A stretch of 64,000 bases of DNA from Candidatus Moraniibacteriota bacterium (GCA_963743885.1 CAVURJ010000001.1:279488-343487), one strand, 5' to 3'; counted from the stretch's first letter, positions 41,026 to 50,528 are shown. Numbers and translations: made by a program. The notes: generated by a model from the sequence alone, not told the origin.

Positions 41026-42396
41026 ATGAATAGCGATTTTCGTAGTGATAGCAGTGACCGTTTCTCTGGTCTCAAGGATTTGCTTCCTTCGGGGCGTAGA
41101 GTTGCACAGGTTTTCTTCGGGTTCATCTTTGTTGTCACGGTCTTGTTTTCCAAGGGGATGATCGAGACGAAGGAGGCAGACGATATTCTGGGTATCCAAT
41201 CGATTTGGGATGGCAAGATTACCTGGTATACCGGGACCGAAACGTGGGCCTGGCAGAGCTGGGGGAACACGGTGGTGTTCAAGAAGCGTGCCATTTTCAA
41301 CTTCGACACGCCTGACACATCGCCCGAGGGTATAAAAAAAGGCAGGTGTACTGATGGCATCGAAGTGCGCTTCAACGACGGTGGTCACGGCACTATCTGC
41401 GGCTCCGTTCAATTTGAAATGCCGCTGGATGATGAACACCTGACAGCCATCTTCACCAAGTACAAGAGTCAACCAGCCGTGCAGAGCGCACTGATCGAGA
41501 CAGTGACCGGCAAGTCGGTCTATCTAGCCGGCCCTATGATGTCATCCCGGGAATCGTATGCTGAAAAGCGTAACGACCTCCTTTTCTACATCGAGGATCA
41601 AATCCAGAACGGTGTCTACAAGACACGCCAGCGCGAAGAGCACGTGAAGGACTCGATTACTGGTGTGGAAAAGACGGCGACTATTGCCGAAATCGTCATG
41701 GGCAAGGATGGAAAACCGGAACGTCAGGAAGCGGTATCAGTGCTCGGTTCGTTCGGTATCAAGGTTTTTAACTTCGCTATCAAGCGGTTGCCCTACGATG
41801 ACAAGGTCGAGGAGCAGATTCGTGCGCAACAGGAAATTGCAATGGGCGTGCAAACGTCAATTGCGAATGCGAAGAAGGCCGAGCAGCGCGCAATCACTGT
41901 CGCTGAAGAAGGCAAGGCCAATGCCGCGGAAGCCAAGTGGAAGCAGGAAACCATCAAGGCGACCGAGGTCACCAAGGCTGAGCAGGAAAAAGCAGTGGCC
42001 ATTACAGCCGCCGAGAAAGATCGTGACGTCAACAAGCTTCAAAAGGATGCTGCTGAGTACTACAAACAGCAGCAGATACTGAGAGGCGAAGGTGACGCTG
42101 CCTATCGGCGCAAGGTGATGGAGGCTGACGGGGCACTTGAGAAGAAGCTTGCCACATACGAGACTGTCATGGGCAAGTTCGCTGAAGAGTTCGGCAAGCA
42201 AAAGTGGGTGCCCGAAGTTCAGATGGGCGGAGCCGGGGCTTCTGGTGCAAATTCCGCTCAGACAATGATCGACGTTCTGTCGACCAAGGCCCTTCGTGAT
42301 CTCGGGCTCGATATGAAGATGGAGGCTGGTCGTCGTACTGCTGCGGAGGAATCCGCACCAACGTCAACTCAGGCTAAGCCTGCAGCCAAGAAGTAA
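41026..42396 (+). CDS. SPFH/band 7 domain protein
   Basis: TM, SPFH-like core, AE/KA-rich coiled coil; AAGGAG RBS. Confidence 0.7.
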   Translation: MNSDFRSDSSDRFSGLKDLLPSGRRVAQVFFGFIFVVTVLFSKGMIETKEADDILGIQSIWDGKITWYTGTETWAWQSWGNTVVFKKRAIFNFDTPDTSPEGIKKGRCTDGIEVRFNDGGHGTICGSVQFEMPLDDEHLTAIFTKYKSQPAVQSALIETVTGKSVYLAGPMMSSRESYAEKRNDLLFYIEDQIQNGVYKTRQREEHVKDSITGVEKTATIAEIVMGKDGKPERQEAVSVLGSFGIKVFNFAIKRLPYDDKVEEQIRAQQEIAMGVQTSIANAKKAEQRAITVAEEGKANAAEAKWKQETIKATEVTKAEQEKAVAITAAEKDRDVNKLQKDAAEYYKQQQILRGEGDAAYRRKVMEADGALEKKLATYETVMGKFAEEFGKQKWVPEVQMGGAGASGANSAQTMIDVLSTKALRDLGLDMKMEAGRRTAAEESAPTSTQAKPAAKK

Positions 42397-42572
42397 TTCG
42401 CTTTAGCGGCAACGCCGTGTGAAGCAAGGGGTTCTACCTACGGGTGGGACCTCTTTTTCTTTTTCTATTGATAAGGAGAGGTTTTTTGCTACCCCGTTAG
42501 AAATACGAATGAGTGCGGAGATGGTTGGTTCAAAAAAAGTGCTTAAAATAAGGTATTCTTCGGTATTTTCTG

Positions 42573-42848
42573 TTGACAAATTTCTAACGGGGTGCTATAC
42601 TGGGATTTCTCCGATGAAGGAGAAACGGTTTCGGGTTTCTACCGCCAGGGTAAAAGAGGGCACCCCTCCTAGCGCTTTTTTGCTGAAATGTACGAGAGGC
42701 CGGCTTGCTGGAATCTCGTCGGCTCGCGGTAGAAACCCGAGATCGTGAATCTCAAAAAATATACCAGGTCCGAAATGGAAATAGGACGGCGGTCTAATAA
42801 TCCGCAAAAAGCCCGGGTTCCACATGACTCTCCCGGGCCTTTTTTATT
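42573..42848 (+). ncRNA. Candidate ~240-nt ncRNA with its own promoter and terminator
   Basis: TTGACA-17-TATACT; 20-bp stem 42626-42645/42726-42745; GCCCGGG hairpin plus T tract. Confidence 0.6.
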
Positions 42849-42908
42849 TTTTACATACTATACATCCTCAAGTGGTCGTGGAGAGATGTGTAATTTTTTT
42901 GTATATCT

Positions 42909-43532
42909 CTAGTGTTTCGTAGAGAGCCAGGTGAGAATCTCATCTTTCGCTTTCGGGAAGATTCCAGAAAGTTGCGCGAGCTCGTCGGAAGAGAGTTTGC
43001 CGAGGACGTAGTCGTGCGAAGGCCCGCCCACACCGCTTCGCGGAGTGCTTCGGGCAGGTTGGCAGGCGCCGAGGACCTCGGTCGGCCCGCCCGCAACGTT
43101 TCGCGTAGCGATTCGGGCAGGCCGGCCGATACCGAGACGGATGCGGAAGAAATCCTGGAGCCCGAGTTTGTCGATGATATCTTGCACGCCGTTGTGTCCG
43201 GCAGCGCGAGACGAGTCCGTCGTGCGGAGCGTGCCTGGGGCGATGTCGAGGTCATCATGGACGATAGTGATGTCGGACGGGGAGAGCTTATAGAAATGCA
43301 TGATCGATTGGACGGGTGTGCCGGATGTGTTCATGAAGGTTTCTGGTTTCATGATGATGACTTTTTCGGAGCCGATCATACCAGAGGAGAGCTCAGCCGA
43401 CAGCTTCTTGTCGGATCTGAACTCTTCGAAGCCGAGCTCCTTGCGGAGGAAGTCGACGAAGAGGAAGCCGGCGTTGTGCCGAGTCATGGAGTACTTTTCC
43501 CCTGGATTACCTAACCCTATAATTAATTTCAT
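42909..43532 (-). CDS. pth: Peptidyl-tRNA hydrolase with two 12-aa palindrome-derived inserts
   Basis: GLGNPG..Y..TRHNAG, KPETFMN.SG, VHDDLD, GHNG, RIRLGIGRP. Confidence 0.95.
   Translation of the reverse strand: MKLIIGLGNPGEKYSMTRHNAGFLFVDFLRKELGFEEFRSDKKLSAELSSGMIGSEKVIIMKPETFMNTSGTPVQSIMHFYKLSPSDITIVHDDLDIAPGTLRTTDSSRAAGHNGVQDIIDKLGLQDFFRIRLGIGRPARIATRNVAGGPTEVLGACQPARSTPRSGVGGPSHDYVLGKLSSDELAQLSGIFPKAKDEILTWLSTKH
43023..43121 (-). repeat. Two in-frame 36-bp palindromic inserts (43023-43058, 43086-43121)
   Basis: Both CCTGCCCGAA..GGGCGGG; encode PARSTPRSGVGG and PARIATRNVAGG. Confidence 0.9.
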
Positions 43533-43684
43533 ATTTAAATTCAAAACTCAAAATTACAAGCTCCAAATAAACTTCAAATTTCAAATACAAAACCTAGAAC
43601 GTTTTGAATGTTTGGATTTTGATATTGTGATTTATTTGGAAATTGGGATTTTGAATTTGGTGCTTTCGGAGAGTATTTCATGTG

Positions 43685-45265
43685 TTATTTCTTCTTCCGG
43701 GGTTGTGGGGCGAGTGGTTCAGAGAAGGTCGTGTCTTCTGGTTCGGCGGCTTCGGTGGCGTTTTCATCGAAGTCGAGCCGGTCGGCTATATCGGCGCCGA
43801 TCACGATCACAAAATCGGCTCCTGCTGGTGAGGCGATGCCCGCCGGAAGGGAGGGAGAGAGTCCGAGTCCGAAGCGCTTCATGAGTTCGTCGAGCGAGTA
43901 CGGTTTCTGCCCGCCGCTCCTGTCGACTATGATACTCCGTCCAGAGCGGTTTTCCAATGCGCCGGATTTTGAGAGGGAAATGTCTTCGAAGGGGAGGTCG
44001 CTCTGGATGATACTTGAAAGCTTGCGTGCGGTCGTAGTGTCGTCTGCGGCGGAGAGGATGGTGAGCGACGGTTCCTCGCTTCCAATCTTGGCCTGGCGCT
44101 CCCGGATGGCGCCGAGGTCGAAGACGTGCTCCGAGACATCGTGGATCTCGCTCCAGTCGCCGACGCGCGGTACGAGGATGAAAGCGGCGACTGGGCCGAC
44201 CTGGACGTGTGAGACGCGGAGCAGACTATCCTTCTTCCAGGCATCGATGACGGCCGTGGAGATATTCTTTGTGTCGATGGTCCTAGAAAGCTCGATGAAG
44301 CTCTTCATCTCGTCGAGGCTCATATCAGTCCGGACGCTTTCGCCGAGCGCATCGAGGAGGCCGCTTATGGCGAAGGCATTGAGGAGTGTGCCGGTCGAAA
44401 AGGCTTTGTCGCGGACGGCCTGGATCACCTGCTGCTGGCGTTTGGCACGGCCGAAGTCGCCTTCCGGATCATTGTGCCGTTCGCGGACGTATTTGAGTGC
44501 CGTCGCGCCGTCGAGTGTCTGCCAGCCTTTCTTGATATCGAAGGTTTCGTAGCTGTAGTTCTTGCCTGGGTAGCGTTCGTCGTGGAAGTCGCGCACGACA
44601 TCGACTGATACGCCGCCGATCGCGTCGATCGCTTTCTCGAAGCCATCGAAGTCGAGTGTGGCAAAGTAATGTATTTTCTGCCCGGTCATCTCCTCGACGG
44701 AAGCCCTGACTACGGAGGCGCCATCTCCGCCGCTTAGTCCGTACTGGTAGAGTGAGTTGAGCTTGGTATAGAGGTCGGAGCCAGGGATCGGGGCGTAGAG
44801 GTCGCGTGGCAAGGAAAGGAGGGCGACGCGCTTCTTCTCGGTGTCGATGCTCATGAGCATGACGGTATCGGTGAGTTCGCGTCCCGGATAGCGTGCGCCG
44901 GCCCGGCCCAGGAGGAGGATATTGATGCGGCCGCTGTCTTCGCCGAGGAGCTCTGCTCGATCATCATGGATGACCGATCCAGCGATGCTTCTGATCTGCG
45001 AGAGGAATCCGGCGTGGTTCTCAATCTGGATGCCGCTGCCTGTCTGGAGCCCTTTGCCGACGATGAAGAGAAATGCCCCCGCGATGCCGAGGAGGATAAT
45101 ACCGGAAACGATGAGGAGTATTTTACTGATTCGTCGTTTCGGGTGGTTCGTGGTGCGTGGCGCTGCTCTCTCCGGCGCGGGCGTTTCCGGGGCAGCCTGA
45201 AGCGGCGCCGGTGGGTAGCTGGGGGTCGGGATCCCTGTTGGTGTTGGCTTGCGGAGTCCGTCCAT
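43685..45265 (-). CDS. LytR-CpsA-Psr (LCP) family protein
   Basis: NILLLG, TDTVML, SLPRDLY, ALKYVRER, DFGRAKRQQQV. Confidence 0.92.
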   Translation of the reverse strand: MDGLRKPTPTGIPTPSYPPAPLQAAPETPAPERAAPRTTNHPKRRISKILLIVSGIILLGIAGAFLFIVGKGLQTGSGIQIENHAGFLSQIRSIAGSVIHDDRAELLGEDSGRINILLLGRAGARYPGRELTDTVMLMSIDTEKKRVALLSLPRDLYAPIPGSDLYTKLNSLYQYGLSGGDGASVVRASVEEMTGQKIHYFATLDFDGFEKAIDAIGGVSVDVVRDFHDERYPGKNYSYETFDIKKGWQTLDGATALKYVRERHNDPEGDFGRAKRQQQVIQAVRDKAFSTGTLLNAFAISGLLDALGESVRTDMSLDEMKSFIELSRTIDTKNISTAVIDAWKKDSLLRVSHVQVGPVAAFILVPRVGDWSEIHDVSEHVFDLGAIRERQAKIGSEEPSLTILSAADDTTTARKLSSIIQSDLPFEDISLSKSGALENRSGRSIIVDRSGGQKPYSLDELMKRFGLGLSPSLPAGIASPAGADFVIVIGADIADRLDFDENATEAAEPEDTTFSEPLAPQPRKKK

Positions 45266-45388
45266 GATTGGTGGTTCGTTTCTGGCTTTCTAGAGGGGAA
45301 ATATGACCCTTGCCAAAGCGCAGAAAACCTGTTAGAATACTGATGTTTTTACGCTTTTTTTCTGAGTATTTCTCCTAAATCTTACCGT

Positions 45389-46024
45389 ATGATGGAAGAC
45401 CCGAAAAAAGAGGCTGGCCAGCTGCCGCCGGAAGAGGAGTATCTGAGCATTGGCGGGCTGCTTTTGGAGATGGTCAAAGTGTTTCTCCTGGCCGTAGTTA
45501 TCATTATACCGGTCAGGGTCTTTTTGTTCCAGCCGTTCTTCGTCCAGGGCTCGAGCATGGAGCCGAACTTCGAAGACGGGCAGTATCTCGTCATCAGCGA
45601 GTTCGGCTACAAGCAGACGACCGTCGATGCTATCGAGAAGCTCGGCTTCACTGTTCGACCGTTCAAAGAGATTACGCGCCAGGACGTGGCGGTCTTCCGG
45701 TATCCGAAGCATCCGGAGCAGTACTTCATCAAGCGTGTCATCGGGCTTCCAGGCGAAGCCGTGGAGATCAAGAAGGGTAAGGTCATCATCTACAACGGCA
45801 TACATCCAGAGGGCTTTGCTCTCGATGAGAGCGCGTACCTGAGCCCGGCCGTCGTGACGCAGGATATGCCGCGCACCGAGGTTGGTGAGAATGAATACTT
45901 CATGATGGGTGATAACCGGACCCAGAGTTATGATTCCCGTTCTATCGGCCCGGTCAACAAGGACAAGATCATCGGACGCGTGCTCATGCGTGCCTGGCCG
46001 ATCGGATATTTCTCGGTTTACTAA
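45389..46024 (+). CDS. lepB: Signal peptidase I
   Basis: GSSMEPN, FIKRVIGLPG, GDNR..S.DSR. Confidence 0.95.
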   Translation: MMEDPKKEAGQLPPEEEYLSIGGLLLEMVKVFLLAVVIIIPVRVFLFQPFFVQGSSMEPNFEDGQYLVISEFGYKQTTVDAIEKLGFTVRPFKEITRQDVAVFRYPKHPEQYFIKRVIGLPGEAVEIKKGKVIIYNGIHPEGFALDESAYLSPAVVTQDMPRTEVGENEYFMMGDNRTQSYDSRSIGPVNKDKIIGRVLMRAWPIGYFSVY

Positions 46025-46061
46025 TCAATCGTTTCCTATTGTTATAACTAACGCTCGTGCT

Positions 46062-47540
46062 ATGGCTCAGAAGAAAACCGCCGCGAAGGCTGTGAAGAAG
46101 GCTCCAGCGAAGAAGAACAATCTGCCAGCTGGCGGAAAGAAGGATTCGACGAAGAAGACGGCCACCTCTGGTAAGCTGACAGCTCCGGCTGCCGCCCAGG
46201 AAGAGATGCTGCTCCAGGCGCTTCGCGGGATGCGCGATATCCTGCCGGATGAGCAGCCACATTGGGAGCGCGTGCGCCGGACGCTTACGCATGCCCAGCA
46301 GGAGTACGGCTTCCAGCGTATCGATCTGCCGACGGTGGAGTATGCGCACCTCTATCTGCGTACCATCGGCGAGGGTACTGATATTGTCGACAAGGAGATC
46401 TATCTCTTCAATACCCGTGGCGGCGACCGCGTGGCGCTCCGGCCTGAAATGACGGCTGGTCTCTGTCGCGCGTATATTGAGCACGGCATGAGCGTGCTTC
46501 CGAAGCCGATCAAGCTTTTCACGATGGGCCCGGTGTTCCGTTATGACCGTCCGCAGGAGGGGCGCTACCGTGAGCACTGGCAGGCCAATTTCGATATGTT
46601 CGGCGAGAGCGACCCGATCCTCGATGCGCAGGCGATCCAGCTTGCTTATCGCGTAGTGAGCCAGCTTGGCCTCAAGAATATCGAGTTCCAGGTCAATTCC
46701 ATTGGCACGCCGGAATCCCGCAAGGAGTATTCCAAGGCGCTGGTCCGCTATCTGGAATCCCAGAAGCACAAGCTCTGCCAGAACTGCCGTGAACGCCTGG
46801 TCACGAATCCGATGCGTGTGATCGACTGCAAGGAGGACAAGTGCATCCAGCTGACAGCTCAGGCACCGCAGTCTCTCGACTATCTCGACCAGGATTCCCG
46901 CAACCACTTTAAGCGCCTGCTTGAGTACCTCGATGAGCTCGAGCTGCCGTACACCATCAATACCCGGCTCGTGCGCGGCCTCGACTACTATACCAATACG
47001 GTCTTCGAGATTCGCTCGACTGACAAGGAGGGCCGCAACTACTCGCTCGGCGGCGGCGGACGCTATGATCGTCTCATAGAGCAGTTGGGCGGCGAGCCGA
47101 CCCCGGCTATCGGATTTGGTCTTGGTCTCGACCGCATCGTGCTCGAGATGAAGCGTACTCAGGTCAAGCCGTACGAGCAGCCGAAGGCCAAAGTCTTCCT
47201 CGCACAGCTTGGTGATATGGCCAAGAAGAAGAGTCTCCGATTGTTCGCTGATCTCGAGAAGAGCGGCATCATCATCGCTGAATCATTCGGCCGTGGCAGC
47301 CTCAAGTCGCAGCTCCGCGTGGCCAACCGGCTCGGCGTCGAAGTGACGATCATCATCGGCCAGAAGGAGGCGCTCGATGGTACAGCAATCATGAAGGACA
47401 TGGTCTCCGGTACGCAGGAAACGGTCATCCAAGAGAAGCTCGTTGATGCTGTGAAGAAGATCTTGAAGAGCAATCAGGCGCTCGGCCCGGTCGTACCGCT
47501 CCAGAAGCCGACCGATGAAGACGAAGCTGAAGGAGAGTAA
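46062..47540 (+). CDS. hisS: Histidine--tRNA ligase
   Basis: RGMRDILP, LRPEMTA, RPQEGRYRE, LVRGLDYY, GGGRYD. Confidence 0.96.
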   Translation: MAQKKTAAKAVKKAPAKKNNLPAGGKKDSTKKTATSGKLTAPAAAQEEMLLQALRGMRDILPDEQPHWERVRRTLTHAQQEYGFQRIDLPTVEYAHLYLRTIGEGTDIVDKEIYLFNTRGGDRVALRPEMTAGLCRAYIEHGMSVLPKPIKLFTMGPVFRYDRPQEGRYREHWQANFDMFGESDPILDAQAIQLAYRVVSQLGLKNIEFQVNSIGTPESRKEYSKALVRYLESQKHKLCQNCRERLVTNPMRVIDCKEDKCIQLTAQAPQSLDYLDQDSRNHFKRLLEYLDELELPYTINTRLVRGLDYYTNTVFEIRSTDKEGRNYSLGGGGRYDRLIEQLGGEPTPAIGFGLGLDRIVLEMKRTQVKPYEQPKAKVFLAQLGDMAKKKSLRLFADLEKSGIIIAESFGRGSLKSQLRVANRLGVEVTIIIGQKEALDGTAIMKDMVSGTQETVIQEKLVDAVKKILKSNQALGPVVPLQKPTDEDEAEGE

Positions 47541-47729
47541 TGGATATTCTGTAAGTTTTTCCGTTCCACGGTCTCCGTCGAACATCCCTGACTCGCTCTG
47601 CCGAACAGGGGGCTGTCCGCTCTGAGGCCCGAAACGGTCCCGAGCGTCACGCCCGACCGTTGCCGGCTCGCTCATCACGGATGTGGCCGCCGTCATCCGA
47701 AGGAAGGAAAAACATCACAGAAATCCATT
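47539..47729. repeat. Structured repeat family B copy 1
   Basis: Core aligns with 54301-54456, with compensatory changes. Confidence 0.85.
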
Positions 47730-47755
47730 ATGAGGTAAGATGAAAGAAGGAGAGT

Positions 47756-48106
47756 ATGGCAGACACTGTTTTCGGAAAAATCATCAGGAAGGAGATTCCG
47801 GCAGATATCGTCTACGAGGATGACGAGATTCTGGCGTTCAAGGATATCCATCCGATCGCTCCAGTGCATATCCTCATCATTCCCAAGAAGCCGATCGAGA
47901 GCATCGCGCTTATGGAGGATGAGGATGCGCTGGTGGTAGGGAGGATGTTCCTGGTAGCCCGCAATATCGCCCAGGACTTGAACATTTCGGAAAAAGGGTA
48001 TAAGCTGCTCATCCGGGTCGGGAAGGGCGGCGGGCAGGAAGTGCCACATCTCCACCTGCATCTTCTGGGAGGAGCGAGGCTTACAGAGGACATTCACCCT
48101 GTGTAA
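47756..48106 (+). CDS. HIT family nucleotide-binding protein
   Basis: FGKIIRKEIPA, AFKDI.P.AP.H, GQEVPHLHLH. Confidence 0.95.
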   Translation: MADTVFGKIIRKEIPADIVYEDDEILAFKDIHPIAPVHILIIPKKPIESIALMEDEDALVVGRMFLVARNIAQDLNISEKGYKLLIRVGKGGGQEVPHLHLHLLGGARLTEDIHPV

Positions 48107-48173
48107 TTCCGCCATAGGCGGACCGGCGAAGCCGGATTACACAGGGTAAATCCAGTGTAATTGTATCTTTGCT

Positions 48174-48228
48174 GTCATTTTGAGCAGATTGAAGAATCCC
48201 GAGATCCTTCGCTTTGCTCAGGATGACA
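48174..48228. repeat. REP-like doublet GTCATTTTGAGC..GAAGAATC / GATCCTTCG..GCTCAGGATGAC
   Basis: Inverted pair; related half at 38462-38497. Confidence 0.65.
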
Positions 48229-48271
48229 GAAACAATATCATTCTGAATATCTAGGAAAGGAGGTCGTTTTT

Positions 48272-48520
48272 ATGATCCAAGTGAAAAGAAAAGAGCGCGA
48301 GACAGCCGAAAGCCTGATCCGTCGTTTTTCCCGTCGTGTCCAGCAGAGCGGTGTGCTTCGTCGCGTCCGCAAACTGCGCTTCCGCCAGGAGGAGCAGAGC
48401 CGCGATGTACGACGTTCCGAAGCTCTCTACAAGGTCAAGATCCGCAAGGAGATCAATCGCCTGAAGAAGCTCGGCAAGTTCGATGAAGACGCGCTTCGCG
48501 ATATCAAGAAGAAGATGTAA
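48272..48520 (+). CDS. rpsU: 30S ribosomal protein S21-like
   Basis: V.RKE.E..ESLIRRFSRRVQQSGVL. Confidence 0.8.
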   Translation: MIQVKRKERETAESLIRRFSRRVQQSGVLRRVRKLRFRQEEQSRDVRRSEALYKVKIRKEINRLKKLGKFDEDALRDIKKKM

Positions 48521-48691
48521 TATCGGCTGTTTTTCAGTGCGATTGCCAGGCCATCGAGATGTCTTTTGTGGGACATGGCGGTGGCCTGGTTGTGTTTTTG
48601 AAATCCAAAAATCAAAATCACAAATCCCAAACAAGTTCCAATGACCGAAATTCAAAATCCGAAACGTTTTGAGTTTTGATGGTTGGGATTT

Positions 48692-48869
48692 ATTACCAAG
48701 TGTAGTGAGTGAAACGAGAGTTTACTCTCGTTTCCGAACGGAGCGCAGGTAAAATCGGGTTGAATACCTCGCGGCTTGCCCGCCTAGCCGGCGAGGCTGG
48801 CCGCAGAATAAAACGAACATCAGTTCGTTTTTAGGGTCCAGGGCTTGCCCTGGGGTGAATACCCGTTAT
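48692..48869 (+). repeat. Family A copy 2 (with a 22-bp insert at 48779-48800)
   Basis: Aligns with 1383-1538 (reverse complement) and 58262-58423. Confidence 0.9.
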
Positions 48870-48920
48870 AATTTATTTGTGAATTGTGATTTTGAATTTT
48901 GTATTTTTAAGGAAAAAGAT

Positions 48921-49373
48921 ATGGCTTTATACGAAACCATTGGCAACCATCTCAAGGAGGCTATGAAGTCGGGCGATACGTTCCGTCGTGATACACTCCG
49001 CCTCGTTCAGAGCGCCGTGAAGAACGTCGCGATTGACAAGTTGAAGAGTCCGGTTGATTTGTCTGATAGTGAGATAGAGGAGGTGCTCCGCCGTTTGGTG
49101 AAGCAGCGCAAGGATAGCGTCGAGCAGTACCGCGCCGGCGGCCGCGAGGATCTGGCGTCGGGCGAGGAAGCTGAGCTTAATCTGCTCGCGACCTATCTGC
49201 CGCAGGCGATGCCGGAAGCTGAGCTTCGGACGCTTGTCGAGGAAGCGCTTAAGGAATCAGGAATCGCGGAGAAGTCCAAGATGGGCCAGGCGATGGGTGT
49301 CGTCATGAAGAAAGTCGCTGGTCGCGCTTCGGGCGATGATGTTCGCAAGATGGTGGAGTCGCTGCTCGCATAG
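48921..49373 (+). CDS. GatB/YqeY domain protein
   Basis: LKEAMKSGD, KQRKDS..QY..GGREDL, YLP, MGQAMG. Confidence 0.92.
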   Translation: MALYETIGNHLKEAMKSGDTFRRDTLRLVQSAVKNVAIDKLKSPVDLSDSEIEEVLRRLVKQRKDSVEQYRAGGREDLASGEEAELNLLATYLPQAMPEAELRTLVEEALKESGIAEKSKMGQAMGVVMKKVAGRASGDDVRKMVESLLA

Positions 49374-49379
49374 GCTGTT

Positions 49380-49832
49380 ATGGATGTAGCATTCGAATAT
49401 ACTGCAGAGGAAGATGCCGGGTTGCCGGAGGAGTTTTTTCGTACAGTGGCGATCCGAACCTTGGAGGCCGCCGCTTTCCCGTCGTTTTTGGAGAAGCGGA
49501 TTGAGTTGAATGCGGTTGCTGTTTCGGAGGAGAAGATCCGCGAGCTCAATCGGACCTATCGCAGCAAGGATAGCGTGACCGATATTCTTTCATTTGGTGA
49601 GTATCAGGACGCTTCGGCGATTCAGTCTGAGACGGCGTCCGAAATCTTCATCGGCGAATTGTTCTTCTGTCCTGGATTTATCCGTGGCGCTGCGGCGGAG
49701 GATGGTGTATCATTGGAGAAGGAGATGGCATATGTCTTCTCGCATGGCGTGCTACATCTTCTCGGATTCGACCACACTGATGAGATGTTCGCGATTCAGG
49801 ATGGTATTGCCGAGAAGTTTTCGGCAGCATAA
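49380..49832 (+). CDS. ybeY: rRNA maturation RNase YbeY
   Basis: LNRTYR.KD..TDILSF, HGVLHLLGFDH. Confidence 0.93.
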   Translation: MDVAFEYTAEEDAGLPEEFFRTVAIRTLEAAAFPSFLEKRIELNAVAVSEEKIRELNRTYRSKDSVTDILSFGEYQDASAIQSETASEIFIGELFFCPGFIRGAAAEDGVSLEKEMAYVFSHGVLHLLGFDHTDEMFAIQDGIAEKFSAA

Positions 49833-49854
49833 CACCAATACACATTTGTTTGAT

Positions 49855-50199
49855 ATGAGACGTACCGTAAGGAGCATCTATCATGCGCTTCGGGGGATAT
49901 TGTTTGCGCTCCGGAAGGAGCCGAACTTTCTGATCGAAAGCGTCGCCGCCGGCACGGTGATGATGCTCATGATCATCCTGCCGCTTTCTGGTCTCGAGCG
50001 AGCGGTGCTCGCACTGACGATTGCCCTCGTGCTCAGTCTCGAGCTCGCCAATACGGCGGCCGAGCGAGTCATGGACATCCTGAAGCCGCGGGTGCATCCA
50101 TATGCCAGGGTCGTGAAAGATGCCATGGCGGGAGCGGTCCTCATCGCTTCGCTAGGCGCTGTTTTCATCGGTATTTGCATTCTGTTTCCATATTTTTAG
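49855..50199 (+). CDS. dgkA: Diacylglycerol/undecaprenol kinase family
   Basis: ALRGI..ALRKEPN, ELANTAAE..MD, KDAMAGAV. Confidence 0.88.
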   Translation: MRRTVRSIYHALRGILFALRKEPNFLIESVAAGTVMMLMIILPLSGLERAVLALTIALVLSLELANTAAERVMDILKPRVHPYARVVKDAMAGAVLIASLGAVFIGICILFPYF

Positions 50200-50338
50200 G
50201 GATTTCGGCCGGGTTCCGGCCGGTTTTTGACCGCTTGGGCGGTTTTTTCTTTTGTTGGGCTCTTTGCAGGGAAGGGCTTGGGAGGGTATAATGATAGCCA
50301 CAGTGTACCGTCACGCATCCAACGGATTTTTTTCTTTT

Positions 50339-50524
50339 GGTAACCCTCTCAAATCTCACCGCCTGTTATGACTCAAAAAGAGCTTGTCCGAAAAAACCAT
50401 CTCCGTTCCGGCTGCAAAATCCGAAAAGCTTGTCGGGTTATCACTGATAGCCCTTTGCGTTTTTCGACTTTTTCGCTCGAAACGGAGATGGTTTTTTCTG
50501 GACATGAGATTTGAGAGAGTTACC
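50339..50524. repeat. ~186-bp hairpin repeat family C copy 1
   Basis: Terminal IR GGTAACCCTCTCAAATCTCA/TGAGATTTGAGAGAGTTACC; direct repeat of 51789-51974. Confidence 0.9.
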
Positions 50525-50528
50525 ACCT

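Noticed and set aside
40763-42396. Prophage around the DGR/SPFH region
   Set aside because: No integrase, terminase or structural genes seen
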